64,000 bases of DNA from Blastocystis sp. Blastoise (Eukaryota; Protista; Bigyra: Opalinata), in the NCBI GenBank assembly GCA_039096225.1, contig JBBPEB010000013.1, positions 310,001 through 374,000 on the forward strand, read 5' to 3'. Below the pieces are notes generated by a model, which was not told where the DNA came from, made no database searches, and saw nothing but the letters and a program-made list of their open reading frames with translations. A program made the position numbers and the translations under genes. Of the stretch, positions 1-15,256 are shown piece by piece; position 1 is the first letter of the stretch; every line of letters begins with the position of its first letter.

Positions 1-753
1 TAAGAAGAAGGAGAAATCATTATATAAATGCAAAAGTGCCATTGTCTTTTGCGCCAAGTGTAAAACTGCTCAAATGTTACAAGAATTATTACTTCAATTT
101 GAAGTATATATATAAGGTTATTATTATGTTTATTCTATGTATTCTATTTCTTCTATTTATAATGTTATTATTGTTTTTATACTTATTTTTTTATTCTATT
201 ATTCTATTTCTTCTATTTATAATGTTATTATTATTTTGATACTTATTCTCTTTATTCTCTTTCTTCTATTTATTGCTATTATTATATATAGATACCTTGT
301 GTCTGTCTCCATAGTATGTTAAATCAAAGAAGAAGAATTGCTGCATTAGGGAAATTCAAAAATGCTAAGGCTAATATATTAATTTGTACAGATGTCGCTT
401 CTAGAGGTCTGGATATCCCTCAAGTTGATTTAGTTATTAATTTTGATTTACCGAATAATCCCCGTGATTATGTTCATCGTGTTGGTAGAACAGCTAGAGC
501 TGGTCGTTCTGGTACTTCTGTTTCTATGGTTACTCAATATGATATTTTACTCCTTAAGAATATCGAAAAAACCACGGGAAAAGAGATGTCTGCTCAAGAG
601 GGTATTGAAGAAGAAAACGTTCTTACTCTTCTAGGAAAAGTTAATAAAGCTGAACGTGTTGCTCAGTTACGTCTGAATCAGGATGGATTTTATGAAAAAT
701 ATAAACAAATACGAGAAGATCGACGTAAAAAACAAATGGCAAACAAAGAATAA
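1..753 (+). CDS. DBP8: DEAD-box RNA helicase, DBP8/DDX49-like (3' part; exons <1-103, 292-753)
   Basis: Spliced AIVFCAKCKTAQ..LHSMLNQRRR..TDVASRGLDIP..YVHRVGRTARAGR (helicase motifs IV-VI); GT-AG intron 104-291. Confidence 0.8.
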
Positions 754-1087
754 GAAAATAAAGAATATTTTTTTTTACAATTTCTATATAAGTTCATTTT
801 ATGTTTTTTTGTGTACTGTTTTATGTGTATTCATGTTTTCATTTATGTTTTTATTGTGTTCTTATAAGTCTCTTGTTTTCTTCATACATTTGTTTTTATT
901 TTTCATTCTAATCCAAATTTATAATTTGACTTCACTTATGTAAACTATCAAATCTAATAATCTATATTTAATGATATATTTTATTTTTTTTTAAATCTTT
1001 AAAATTTGCTAACAAATTTGAAAAGAAAAATTTGATAAATTATTTTCATCTTTATTCCTAGAATTATTTAATATTCAATCTTTAATT

Positions 1088-2168
1088 ATGGATCTTTATG
1101 CAGAATTTGATACAAGGTCAAGATTTACAAGAACAAACGTATTAAAAAAGCGACACATTTCTCACATTCAAATAGAAAATAACGAAGTTAATCGTGATAA
1201 TACACGTATGAGTTTTACATGAAATGTATTATTTAGTTTTAGTTGAAAATGAATCAGAAACCAAACCAGGTTCACAATTGCTTTCTTCAAATGTAGATAT
1301 CAATGAGAGAATGAATACTCAAAATGAGACAAACTTTGATAGTATATTTATGATGTTTTTTCTTCGATTCGTTATATATTTCCATTTTTTATAGACAATG
1401 ATATAGTTGTGTTAACCCAGAATGTCGATGAAATTCAAGAGAATCGTCACAGCTCTATAAGCAAAGAGTCTTGTAATGATGAGGCTATAATAAAGCCCCT
1501 AACACTTCCAAAAACATTACTTCTTCAATTACAAGAATTATCGATATCTCCATCACGTCCAAAAAGTTATATATTATGCCCTCTATGTAAAAATGTTGTT
1601 ATAACATTTGCAAGACTTGTATGTTTTTTTATTCTATATATGGTTTTTAAGTATTTACTTGTTTTTTTTTGTTCTTTTTTTGTTTTTTTTAATTCTTATA
1701 TATATATATATATCATAGTTACCCTGTCAGCATTGTTTCTGTTACGATTGTTCTACGTCTGCTTCATCTATTTGTCCATTTTGTAAACAATATTGTAATT
1801 CAATTGAAACATTTCCAAATACTGTATCTCTATATTATTGTTCTATACCTACATGTATGTGCTGTTTCCTTACTAAAGAATCACTTAATGTATATATATA
1901 GTATTTATTCTATTCAATATATATATAAACTATTATATATGTTTCGTATTTAATATATTATATATATATATATATTGCATATATTTTTATACCTTAATAA
2001 ATGATTATTATATTATTAAGATACTGTTACTGTTATTATTGTTGCTATAGTACTATTTATTATATTAACCTATTTATTTCACGATTTCTTTTTTCAATAT
2101 TATATATTCTTATTATATAGACACATAGAAGAAGAAATCATAATCAAATAGAGAATCCGGTTGCTTAA
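1088..2168 (+). CDS. Hakai/CBLL1-like RING + C2H2 zinc-finger protein (5 exons)
   Basis: Spliced CPLCKNVVITFARLYPCQHCFCYDC..CPFCKQ..YYCSIPTCMCCFLTKESLNTHRRRNH follows the Hakai RING-HYB pattern (GRMIPCKHVFCYDC..C..C..H..H). Confidence 0.65.
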
Positions 2169-2636
2169 ACTATTATTATTATATTTGCTGTTTTTCATTT
2201 TATTATATATATGTTATTGAAATTATTAATGTTATATTGTTTATGTTATTACTAAATATATCTTTCTACAGTTTATTGATGATCAAATCCTTAATATCTT
2301 ATCATAATTGTACTAATAAAATATCTATTCATATGAATAATTTGTATATAATAAAAATAGTAGATAAAATAATTCATATTCAATCTACTATACATTTATG
2401 GATTGTTCAAAGTTGTTTATAAGTATTTTTAAAACAACGGCAATATAGAATAACAAATATGGAATATATTCATAATAATTTAACTCTAATATTCATAAAC
2501 AAAGTGGTATTTATATTGACTAACATAGAATAATTAATAAAGAAATAGAGAAGTTCATAGTCTTTATTATTCCTTACAAACAAAACAAAAACAGTAATAA
2601 GTCAAATACAGTAATAAATATAAATATATGTATAAT

Positions 2637-3004
2637 TTATGTAATAAGAGCCATGATATCTTGTTCATCTTTTAATGCATATTGAATATCATCCACTGTT
2701 ATTAATAAAGACACAACTGTATCACTCTTGAGTGACTTATTCATAATAGACACTAACTCGTATTGTTGAAGTTTATTCAGTATATATATATATTCAGGAA
2801 GAGATAACGATGGTATTTTCTTATAATCACGACATATAACTTCTAATCGATTCATTATAGCTTGATTGGTCGCATATTCTACACCACACAATGTCATGTG
2901 CTTTACAATAGCGATTAGAACTAGCTTCATATATATAGAACAACTTTGAACCAACTATAATAGATGATGATTATTATTATATATATTATTATTTGATATA
3001 TCAT

Positions 3005-3069
<65 letters not shown>

Positions 3070-6000
3070 TTACTTGTATTTTATAGTTATCAATATGTTC
3101 AGAAGACGCTTCCATAATCTCTGTCATTGTTAATCTTTATAATATTATATATTATATATTATATATTATATATATACTTGGGTAGATTTTTTTCCTTCAC
3201 AATTTCTAATGCACGTCTAAATATATATTAATAATATATTTATAAATATATATACATATATATATATACCTTGTAAGTGCCAAAGCACGTCGAATATCTC
3301 CTGAAATGGCGGCAACTTTACGCGCGCAAAGATCTAAAGCTTCTGAATTATATATATCTAATAAATTTAATCGTTTCTATATATATATATTAATAGATAT
3401 AGAATAATAATAGTATTATGAATCATAAAAATGATACTAATACTATAAACAAACAAAATAACAATAAATTTGCAATATATATATATATATATATACCAGT
3501 AAGATATCATATATTTGTTCTCTATTATAAGGTTTAAAATTATATCGTTCCAGAGAAAGTCGTGACCAGTTACGAGGGTTTAAAACTCTCTCGGGAAGGT
3601 CCATTGTATTACTAATCCCAATAACAGTAAGATGAGAAAAAGGGTGACTTGGCCATTCAAAAAGTTGATAAATAATATTTTGTGCTTTATTACATATATA
3701 ATCCAGTTCATCCACCAAAATAACAATAGGTAAAATATCACTTTTCTCCGTGGAACCATGTTTATTCACATCGGAATCAGCACAAAAACGATCATTAAGT
3801 ATAGAAAGTGCCTTAGCTGGATGTAAATAAGAATGATATAGTTCTTTATATATGATGGAAAACACTTGTTGTGGATCAGTCATCTTCATACCATTTATAT
3901 CAATAAACTATATATATATATATAATAAAATAAGAATATAAACCTGTTATATATAATATATATAATCAATATTAATCTAGGAAATTTATATATATATATA
4001 TATAGCTATAAATATATACAACAAAACGTTTAAGATTCCCGGAATAAACACGTTCCTGGAGATGACGCACCACCTCACGCACAGTGGCCGTTTTACCTGT
4101 TCCTGGCATCCCTATATATATAATAAGTATTATAATAATAATTATAAATCTTAAAATAATAATAATAAATATATAATAATAAATATATAAAAATAATAAT
4201 AAATATTAAAATAATAATAATAAATATATAATATAAAATATATAATAATAAATATATAATAATATATACCTGATATATAAAGAGAAGAAGCATTGCCTCC
4301 TTTAAGAATGGCTTGTTCCAAATAATTATTTATACTCGTTTTCTCTTCGTCTCTGCAGGGGAGGTCCTCGGGAATACTGGATAACTGTAAAAGTAGGGGA
4401 AATAATACATATATAAGATCAGAGTTATATATAAAATGAAAATATTAAAAAAGATATATATTAAAAATATAATATCATAGCTATATATACACGAGAAAGA
4501 TTTAAGAAATAATAATAATATATATAGAATATATTTATACCAAAAAAATATAAATATATACCTGAAGATTATTAATAGCAATTTGTATTGGAGTTAATTC
4601 TTCTTCATCTTCATCTTCATCTTCAGAAGAAGAAATATCTTCTTTGTTTTCAGCACCTGTAAGATTATTTTCAGATATACTATTTATGTCATCTTCTTCT
4701 TTTGATTGTTTTATTTCATCATCATTGTCTTCTTCATCATCTTCAGTCTTTTCTTTATTTATATTTTCTTTATCCTTTTTTCCTCTTTTCTTTTCTGTTC
4801 TTTTTTTCTTTTCAACTTTATTCTCTCCATCTTCTTCATCACCATCTTCTTCTTCTTCACCTTCTATTACTCTTCTTCTCTTCTTTCTCTTCATTTCTGG
4901 TAAATATTCTGATAATATAGTTCCATCAGAACCTACTTTAATATCAATCGATCCTTCTACATAACTATCAGCTATAGATACATTTTCTATACCAATTAAA
5001 CCAGTTTTAGCTAATCGTTTCTTTCCTTTGGATCGTCTTAAACTAACAATTGATGTTAACATTACTTTAGGAGCGGCATTAGTTGTATTTGAAGTTGATT
5101 GCGTGGTATTTCCCTCCACTTTCTTTTGGCGGGGAACAGGAGAGGGACGTGGTGGAATATAAGAAGTCTCTATTTTACGATGATGAGAATAACTATATAC
5201 AGTAATAATAAAGAGATGAATATATATATAATTAAGTTTATTATATATATACAGTATAACACGTTTTGATTTAAAATCATAAGCTTCTTCTATATATATA
5301 ATATTTTAATAATATTTTAATAACATTTTAAAACATTATAATAACATTTTAATAACATTTTAAAACATTATAATAACATTATAATAACATTATAATAACA
5401 TTATAATAACATTTTAATAACATTATAATAACATTATAATAACATTATAATAACATTATAATAACATTTTAATAATATTTTAATAACATTATAATAACAT
5501 TATAATAACATTTTAATAACAATTTAATAACATTATAATAACATTATAATAATAAAACAATTATACTAATAATAATATACTTTGAATCGGACGAAAAGTC
5601 TTTACAGTTATATCAAAAAAACGATCACAATAAAATAATTCCTTATAAAAGAGTTCATTAACGATTTCTTCATTATTCTCTTTTTTATGATTATAATCAT
5701 TCATAAAAATATCATATTGTCTTGAAGAAACAACATTAACTTTCTTCCAAATACTGGAAATTAAATTATCATTGATATGATTCGTCTCATACAACTCTCT
5801 TGGTTTATACTCTGGACGTTTGTTCTTTATAACATCATTATTAGCATAATACCATCTGCATTCAACATAATTTTCATTTCCTATCTGCCACATGGATTCG
5901 ATCTCAGCAATCCAGCTGGACACGTAATCACCAGTTAAATCTTTTGTATTTGGGCCACCATTCATACTTATACAGTCTCCAATGTAATAGATCGCATCCT

Positions 6001-6129
6001 CCATAATAAAAGCATCATAATGACTCTCATCTATAACAAATATCAGGAATAATAAGTCATTCAAGTATTCATTAGCATACCGCCTATCTTAATTGGGTTT
6101 CCTATCCAAGAGAATAAAATCCCAGACAT
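2637..6129 (-). CDS. ORC1: Origin recognition complex subunit 1 (BAH domain, acidic linker, AAA+ ATPase, winged helix), about 11 exons
   Basis: BAH domain (WIAEIESMW..VECRWYY..RELYETNH); LPCRDEE; Walker A YISGMPGTGKT; Walker B LVDELD; SNTMDLPER; VAAISGDIRRAL. Confidence 0.9.
5300..5550. repeat. Intronic 11-bp minisatellite (AATAACATTAT / AATAACATTTT)
   Basis: About 20 tandem copies inside an ORC1 intron. Confidence 0.9.
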
Positions 6130-6875
6130 ACTCTAAAAGAAAATAAAAACATCAATCAGTTAGGAAAATCACGATTACAAAGGAAAATGAAGCCATATTT
6201 CAAATTATTCCTATAATTTTTTTTGTTGTGCTATTTTCAAATAAAATGTGCAAGAGAAACACATTTTTCAATATGAACAACTTACAATAGTATGCGTTTA
6301 CTGTGATTATAATATATCGATACAAAACGAAAGAAACGAATTGAAATAATCACCATGATAATGATTATGCTCATCAATTAATGCTTTATATTTTGTGGAT
6401 TTGTCTCGTATGTATTTTCTAACTTATAAGTATTGGTTTAATGTCTTGCCATAAATTAGAATAACATTAAAGTTAATTTTGTTATGAATAATCTTGAATA
6501 TTCGTTCATTCTATTATTTCAAGTATTCATTCTATTATAAAGTAATTCATTATCTTATTGATATGTTCTATAAAATGAAGAGTTTCCTTAAAAGAATCTA
6601 ATTCATAATGATCTTTACAATGTATGCAATTATTGTGAAAACATACTTATTTCAAATGATTTAATAATAGAGATTAAATTATTGATGCATATATAATGAA
6701 ATCACATGAGAGATATATAAGCAAATACATAAATGAGTAACAAACAACGATTATTAATGAAGATATTTATATACCACTTTGAAAACTAAAAATAAATTGA
6801 AGATAATTAGAAGTATTAATCGTGTATCAACGTTTTATTACAAACATAGTAGAATTCTAAAAAAAATAATAATAA

Positions 6876-7316
6876 TTACTGAATTATTTCTTTAGAATCA
6901 ATGTTTTCTTTGTTTTCTTTGTTTTTTGGATCCATGGAAGGATTAGCAGCTATATATTTTTCGTATTCCATCTTTAGCATTTCATCATTTGTAGGTCTTT
7001 CTAAATAGAAGAATCATAAAAAGTGTTATAATATATTGAATGAATTTTTTAAATAGAGAATCACTCATTAAAGGATTAAAAAACAAAAACGGAACGCAAA
7101 ACATTTGGAAAACTATATACTCCTATTGTTTTGAACATAAGTAGGTTTCTCAGAGTAATCAGCATTAATTTCTTTGTTTTTATGGCATTCTCTCAATGCT
7201 TTAAAAGAGGTTTTCATTTGAGATGGGGACAATGAGACGATGGAATCGACAAAAGCATCAAGCAAATAAGCACATCTAGAAGGATTTAAAGGTTTTCTAT
7301 TTGGAGTATCAGACAT
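6876..7316 (-). CDS. Small hypothetical protein (2 exons)
   Basis: MSDTPNRK..NNR joined through a GT-AG intron in frame to KRPTNDEMLKMEYEKY..IIQ*. Confidence 0.6.
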
Positions 7317-7589
7317 AGTATAGAGATAAAGAAGAAATCGTTATTCATATAAAAAAGAAAAAGAATCTCGAAAAAGTTTCTATTCTGTTCCACAAAACTG
7401 CGGATTCTCAGGGAAATTTGTTTTTTGATAAAGATATTTTAATACTCGAATTCGGCTGATTTAATAATATTTATCATCAATTAAGTATATATTTGTATTC
7501 TAAACATATTTTAGCTACAAGTCAGATATAAAAAATTTAAAATATCTTTGTGTTTCGACTCATATTTTTATATAAATATATAGATTAGA

Positions 7590-8842
<1,253 letters not shown>

Positions 8843-9313
8843 AACAATAATCTTTCTTAATCTATTATGTATTTTATTCTATTAGTGTTGTTATTATTTA
8901 ATGTATACGTCGAATTATAAATAGTGAATTATATCATTATAATTAAAAAAAACAAAACAAATAGAAATTGAGATTCATTTTAAATAAAATAGACCATGTC
9001 AATTCAAAGAATTAACGACGAGTATAAACATAGTTCAATGATAAACATTAAACAGAATGTAAATAGATATATAAATAATAGAAACAATCATAAAGATCAT
9101 TTTTATATATAATATCTTATACTCAAATAAATCAAATATATATATATATAAATTATAGAAAGATAACTATTCAAAAAGGATAAATAAATATTCAAAATAA
9201 AAATGAATATAAAGAATAATGATAATACCATCAAGATATTATAAATAATATATAAAATAAAAGAAGCAAATATAGAGAAAGTATAATAATAATGGTATCT
9301 CTATAACAATGAA

Positions 9314-9448
9314 TTACATAATCACCTTTTTATAAGTAGGATTTGACTCTCCAATAGTCTTATTAGGACAGATAGAATAATCATCAAGTTCACTATATAT
9401 ATAGGATATTATTATTATAGGATATAAAAAGATATGCAAGATAAAAGA

Positions 9449-9487
<39 letters not shown>

Positions 9488-10192
9488 TCCACTCTTGAAG
9501 GTAACATCAAAACCAGTATATACATGGTTAATAACACACTATAGATAATGAATAGTAATATACCCTGTAAGAATAATACATATATATAAATAGATACATT
9601 TTCCATGACTTTATTTTCCCATCCTAAAATACTAAATGTAATAATACTATTTTTATGAACATGACAACCCTTATGTAAAGTACAATTACTAAGAGTCACG
9701 TGATCTTCTACGACACAATCATCTCCAATAACAACATTCGGTCCAATCACAGTTAATGGAGATATCTTTGCTTTAGGGCTCTAAATAGAAGAGAATTATA
9801 GTTATAACAGAATTATATTATAACAGAATTATATTATAATAGAATTATATTATAATTGAATTATATTATAATAGAATTATATTTATGAATATAAATAATA
9901 TGTATATATATTATAATGCAGACTATATATTAATTATTCTATACTACATAAAATATAAGTATCAATGAATATTTTATATCTATATACAATAAGAGCATTT
10001 CCCTTGATATTTTCTCCTTTGGATAGTTTATTAGGATAGCATTCACTATAGTATTGAAGAGTAAGGTCAACTCCTGTTATATAATCCTTAGGTTGACCAA
10101 TATCCATCCAAAAACCAGGTAGTAACTATAGAGGAATTATAATATATATAATATATATATAATATTGACCGTTTATTTAACAGAATTATAGG

Positions 10193-10245
<53 letters not shown>

Positions 10246-11083
10246 TATATACCATGCTATAAAGAGTTCCTTCTTTTGCCATTTGAGGGAAAATAACCTT
10301 TTCAATTGAAGTAGGACTTAATGGAATACGATCGATTACAGAGGGATTTAAGATATATAATCCAGCATTAATATGATTTCCTACATATTCCTTAGGCTTC
10401 TCAACAAATCGCTCAATCTGATCCTATATATATATATATATATAGTATTAAACATATAATAAATCATATATAACAAACATAAAAATATATATTTATAAAA
10501 TATAAAAATAATTATATATATATATACAGTTTCAGAGTCAGCAACAACAACACCATATTTTGTAGGATCAGATACTTCTGTTACCATAATAGTTCCTTCA
10601 GCATTATGTCTTTTATGGAATTCTAACATTTCACTTAAAGGGAAACGACAAGTAACATCACTATTAAAAACAAAGAAAGGTTCATCTCCTTCTAAATGTT
10701 TTCTAGCTAAAGCAATGGGTCCAGCTATAAGACAAATAAAAATATAAACAAATACGTTCATAGAAAAAAAACATACCTGTACCCATTGGAGTGGATTCAA
10801 GGGAAATAACAATATCAACGTTGTACTATAAAGATATTATATTGATAAACGCATTTAACTATATCAATAATACTTTTTCCTTAATTTCATTAGTAATTTG
10901 TTCTAATTGTTCTTCTAAATAAGAAACGGCCAAGACAACAGTAGTGACTCCTACTTTACTCAACGCTTCAATTTGATGATATAAAATAGGAAGATTACAA
11001 AACTCAACAAGAGGTTTAGGTTTTGAAAAAGTCAAAGGACGAAGACGAGTACCATAACCACCAACTAAAATAAGAGCCTTCAT
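9314..11083 (-). CDS. GMPPB: Mannose-1-phosphate guanylyltransferase (GDP-mannose pyrophosphorylase beta), 8 exons
   Basis: [28 protein letters not shown]; [10 protein letters not shown]; PTKYGVV; INAGLY; [12 protein letters not shown]; hexapeptide-repeat tail. Confidence 0.95.
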
Positions 11084-12167
11084 AGGAAAAAAGAAACAAA
11101 AACAAAAAACAAAAAACAGTCAATAAACAAAAGTTATTATGAAATGCAAAAAGAAAAGAAAATGTAAACAAGGAATCTCTATCAATGATGACGCACTGCG
11201 TCCTTCATCCATATCCTTATTTTTTGACTGTTTAGTTCTCGATTTCCACGGGAATAAGAGAAATTTATCTTTCTTTTCGTTAAATAAACAGAAATAAAGT
11301 GGAAACTTTGATTCTGATGAAAATATTTTTTCCTGAACTGTACAGATTCATTTATATAGTTATTTAATTAAAAGAAGATTAAAAACTATGTAAAAACATA
11401 TTCTAAATGTAAACATGAATGGAGCAGGAGAAACGAAGTATTTTCGGTGATTAGTTGTAATTTTTATTGTACTAAAATCACCACTCGTAATCTTTAAACT
11501 ATTAGATTTCATCTTTTATGAGATGTGTTGGAGTTTTAGTATGTTTTAAACTCCATCTTTTTCTCATGTAAATGTGCAAATGTGTCTTATGAAGTAGTTT
11601 TTACAACGTTTATGTTGATAAGATCTATTCCAAAAAGCTGGTAAATTGAAAATCATGTTTATAACACTAATTTTCGTTAGAAATTATAATAAAAAAGTCT
11701 CTCTTTCTATATATATTGTTTGATAATACCTTAGAAACTATTTTCATATCAATCTTCGTTTAACTAGTATAAGAATTTCTTTAAACGTCATATAGATCAA
11801 CCATTATTTTTTTTATTTATTTAAAAATGACTCTTCAAATAGTCTGTCTTATTAACATCGCATAGCAGTATATATTGGTGATTTTTAAATGAATAAAAGA
11901 AAAACATATATAGAGAAAATAAAATGATGTGAACATGAAAACTGGAAGTAAGAGATAATTTCCTATATTTTTTTCTTAAAAGTCCGAATACTTGAAAGTA
12001 AATTTATAAATTGATTTTATAGTATATTTTTCATTATATATATCTTTAAGTTACACATTATACTATGTAGATTATGAAATAAAAGTTAAAAAAAACAAAA
12101 AGAACTATTAAGAAAAAAAATGCAATTATGACACAAAATATATATATAATATAGAGAATATATGAAA

Positions 12168-12836
12168 CTAGTAAGATCTAGCAATGGTACCGATTCTGTC
12201 ATCAAATGAGGAGAAACGAATAGGATTTTCTGGTTCATAGAAAGGATTCTATATATAGAAATATTAGCATTGATAAATTATTGTAGAATTAACAATAATA
12301 TAGATAATAAATGAATTATAACATAAAATAAATGAATTATAATATAAAATAAATAAATTATATAAAATAAATGAATTACAATATAAAATAAATAAATTAT
12401 ACTATAAAATTATATTTCTAAATAAATCAAAAAATGAATCAAAAAATACTTTCATAAGATAATCTGAATAGCAAACATAAACTTTATTTAAAAAGTCAGT
12501 TAGTCCACTTGCGCCAGGTTTAGCTATACAAAAGAACTTCAAACCTATACATAACATTGAATCAGACAAATGTAACAGAAAAATGATTTAAAACAATAAA
12601 TAATAAATACCTGTAGGTGTTTTCAAGCATTGTAGACTGAAGGTGGAGGCTTCTACAGATTCAATTCCTTCAGAACCAAGAGTAGGAGCAAATTGTGTAG
12701 CAATAGCATGAAGACTATGGAATGTGGATGCAAGACGTAACTTTTCGTTGATGGAAATCATGGGACTACCTAAGAAATCCTTTGAGTAAATCAGACCACC
12801 TGATTTATTAATTACATATAAAGAATAAACAGACAT
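12168..12836 (-). CDS. TRS23: TRAPP complex subunit 4 / Trs23 (Sybindin family), 3 exons
   Basis: YSLYVINKSGGLIY; LRLASTFHSLHAI; TPTGLKFF; YSDYLMKNPFYEPENPIR. Confidence 0.9.
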
Positions 12837-13070
12837 GATGAATAAAAGAGATAAAGAAACACTAGAAATCTTTTTCTATATTCTCAAAACAAAACGTTTT
12901 TTGAATGAAATCAGTTGTGTTTTTCGTAATTATTGCTATTTTTTTAAAAACAGAACACTTTTCTTCTTAACTTCTGTTTTTCATCATTCTTAAATTGATT
13001 TGCGTATTTATTATCATTTAGTATTATACAGAATATATATATTTAGTGATTGTAGCAGAATTCAAGTAAT

Positions 13071-13923
13071 ATGAGTTTTATGGTTCACATCAATCGTTCT
13101 TATATTACTTATTTATATCTATTATATACATTAATTATCATTGCTGAAATTTATGAGGAGTATTATGTATGGAACCAAATTATAGACACATCAAATTCTC
13201 TCGTTACACGAAATTCAGATGATATCTCTATTATTGAAGAGAATGAAAATGTCGTACTTAACGAAATTAATGATATCTATACTTCGAATTCACAAATTGT
13301 ACTAAAAACAGATCATGTTCAATATAAGTGTCCAACGTGTGGTAGAGTATTTTCAAGTTATGAAGCATGCCATACTCATGTAGTTGCACGAAAACATAAT
13401 AAAGGAGATAGCTTTTGCTTATTTGATCCATCTGGATTACCTCAATGTGAAAATTTTGATAGGTATTTATTTTATTTTGAAATAAATAGTTTATTTATAT
13501 ATGAATAATAATCTATGATACATATTAATTTAAAAAAAATCATATCTAGTGAAGAAAAACGAATCCAATATGGCTTTGGCGTTTGTTCTCTGACTGGTCG
13601 AGTCAATCGAATGGAAGTATATATATTATTGTTATTATTATTCTTTTATATTATATTATATTATAATCATTTTTTAAGATTTCTGTGAACTATTTATGTG
13701 ATTCTATATATATAAATATAATAAATATTATGCATATAGGATATATATTGGGTATCAGATTATGATCTTTCTCCTTCTTCTTCTTCTTCTTCTTTTTCTC
13801 CTTCCTTCTCCTCTTCTTCTTCTTCTCTTAATGTTACAGATACTTCTGCATATATATATGGTCTCAGTGATGGCCATATGGGAACAACAGCAGCTACGTT
13901 TCTAGCTGAACAAATTGAACGAG

Positions 13924-13954
<31 letters not shown>

Positions 13955-14366
13955 TATTTATTCTTTGTTAACTTTTTTAAAAGAATATATATTACAATTA
14001 TTATTATAGAATTCTTATTTTATTATATATATATAGTATTTATTAATATCATCACATAATCGACTTCCATCACCTGAATCCGTTGAAGAAGCATATGCTA
14101 AAGCACGTGAGAAATGGGAACACATATATTGCAAAGAAGGTGATGTTAGTGGCAGTACATCCACTATTGTCATCAAGTATATATATTATATTTTAATATA
14201 TTATATATATATTATATTTTAATATATATTATATATATATATTATATTTTAGTCTATATTATATTTTAATATATTTTAATCTATATTAAATATATTATAT
14301 ATAGGAGTTCAAGTGCTTTATTAGTAGCTAATATAGGTGATAGTATAGGATATCTTTGCTGTGATG

Positions 14367-14400
<34 letters not shown>

Positions 14401-15256
14401 ATTTCTTTCTTTTGTTTATTATTTTTAATTAAATAGAAAGAGAATCAGTTTATTTCGATTACACGAGAACATCGAGTTACAGACCCGCGGGAACAGTCTC
14501 TGATTCTCCGTCGTGGAGGCGTTGTGAAGGGAGGAAGAATAGCGGGACAACTAGCTCTATCTAGATCTTTCGGTATATATATATACATATTATATATCAT
14601 AATTTTTTAAATCTTATATATAATATATATTAATCATATACTATATACTATATTATATAAAATATACTTAGCAAATATAATATATACTATTAATAGGTGA
14701 TTGTGCATATATTCCTTATATATCAATTACTCCATTTATATTTCAAATCGATATTGATCATGTATATATATATAGTTATATAGAAATATAAAATTATTAT
14801 ATTCAATTATATATAGGCATATCATAAATATATTATATTAGCTTCCGACGGTGTTTGGGACTATGTATATATATATATATATATATTCATTAATTTATAT
14901 ATATTTTTATATAATAGAAGAACTACTTATAAATCTATCTCTATTATATATATATAGTTAACAGGAGATGAAGTACATCGTATTATCAATAAACTTCTTC
15001 TTCCCTATATATCCTTATTTTTATTCTACATTCTTTTTTCTATATATATATATTGATATTTTCTTAACTATTTTTACGAGCATTCAAGACTTTTAGATCC
15101 TAATTGTATATATGTATAATTAATTATAAATATTCCTTATAATCAATATATATAGTATATAAATCTATATTGGAAGAAGTAGCTACATATATTAGTAAGG
15201 AAGCTTATTCACGTGGATCTATGGATAATATTTCAACTATGATTATCGCTATATAA
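13071..15256 (+). CDS. PP2C-family phosphatase with N-terminal hydrophobic segment and C2H2 zinc finger, 11 exons
   Basis: YKCPTCGRVF..HVVARKH; GRVNRMED; GLSDGHMG; SGSTS; ANIGDS; LALSRSFGD; LASDGVWD; GSMDNI. Confidence 0.9.
15009..15077 (+). other. U12-type (minor) AT-AC intron in the PP2C gene
   Basis: 5' ATATCCTT, branch TTTTCTTAAC about 9 nt before the 3' TAC; removal joins LLLPY to EHSRLL in frame. Confidence 0.85.

Noticed and set aside
5300-5550. CRISPR-like or telomeric array
   Set aside because: No spacers; a simple AT-rich intronic minisatellite, like those at 9790-9880, 36360-36480, 48028-48200 and 59816-59950
6737-6750. Blastocystis-type stop codons created by polyadenylation (TGTTTGTT-like motifs at about 6740 minus, 45909 plus, 2576 minus)
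   Set aside because: The motif appears downstream of some genes, but every complete gene I reconstructed has a genome-encoded stop
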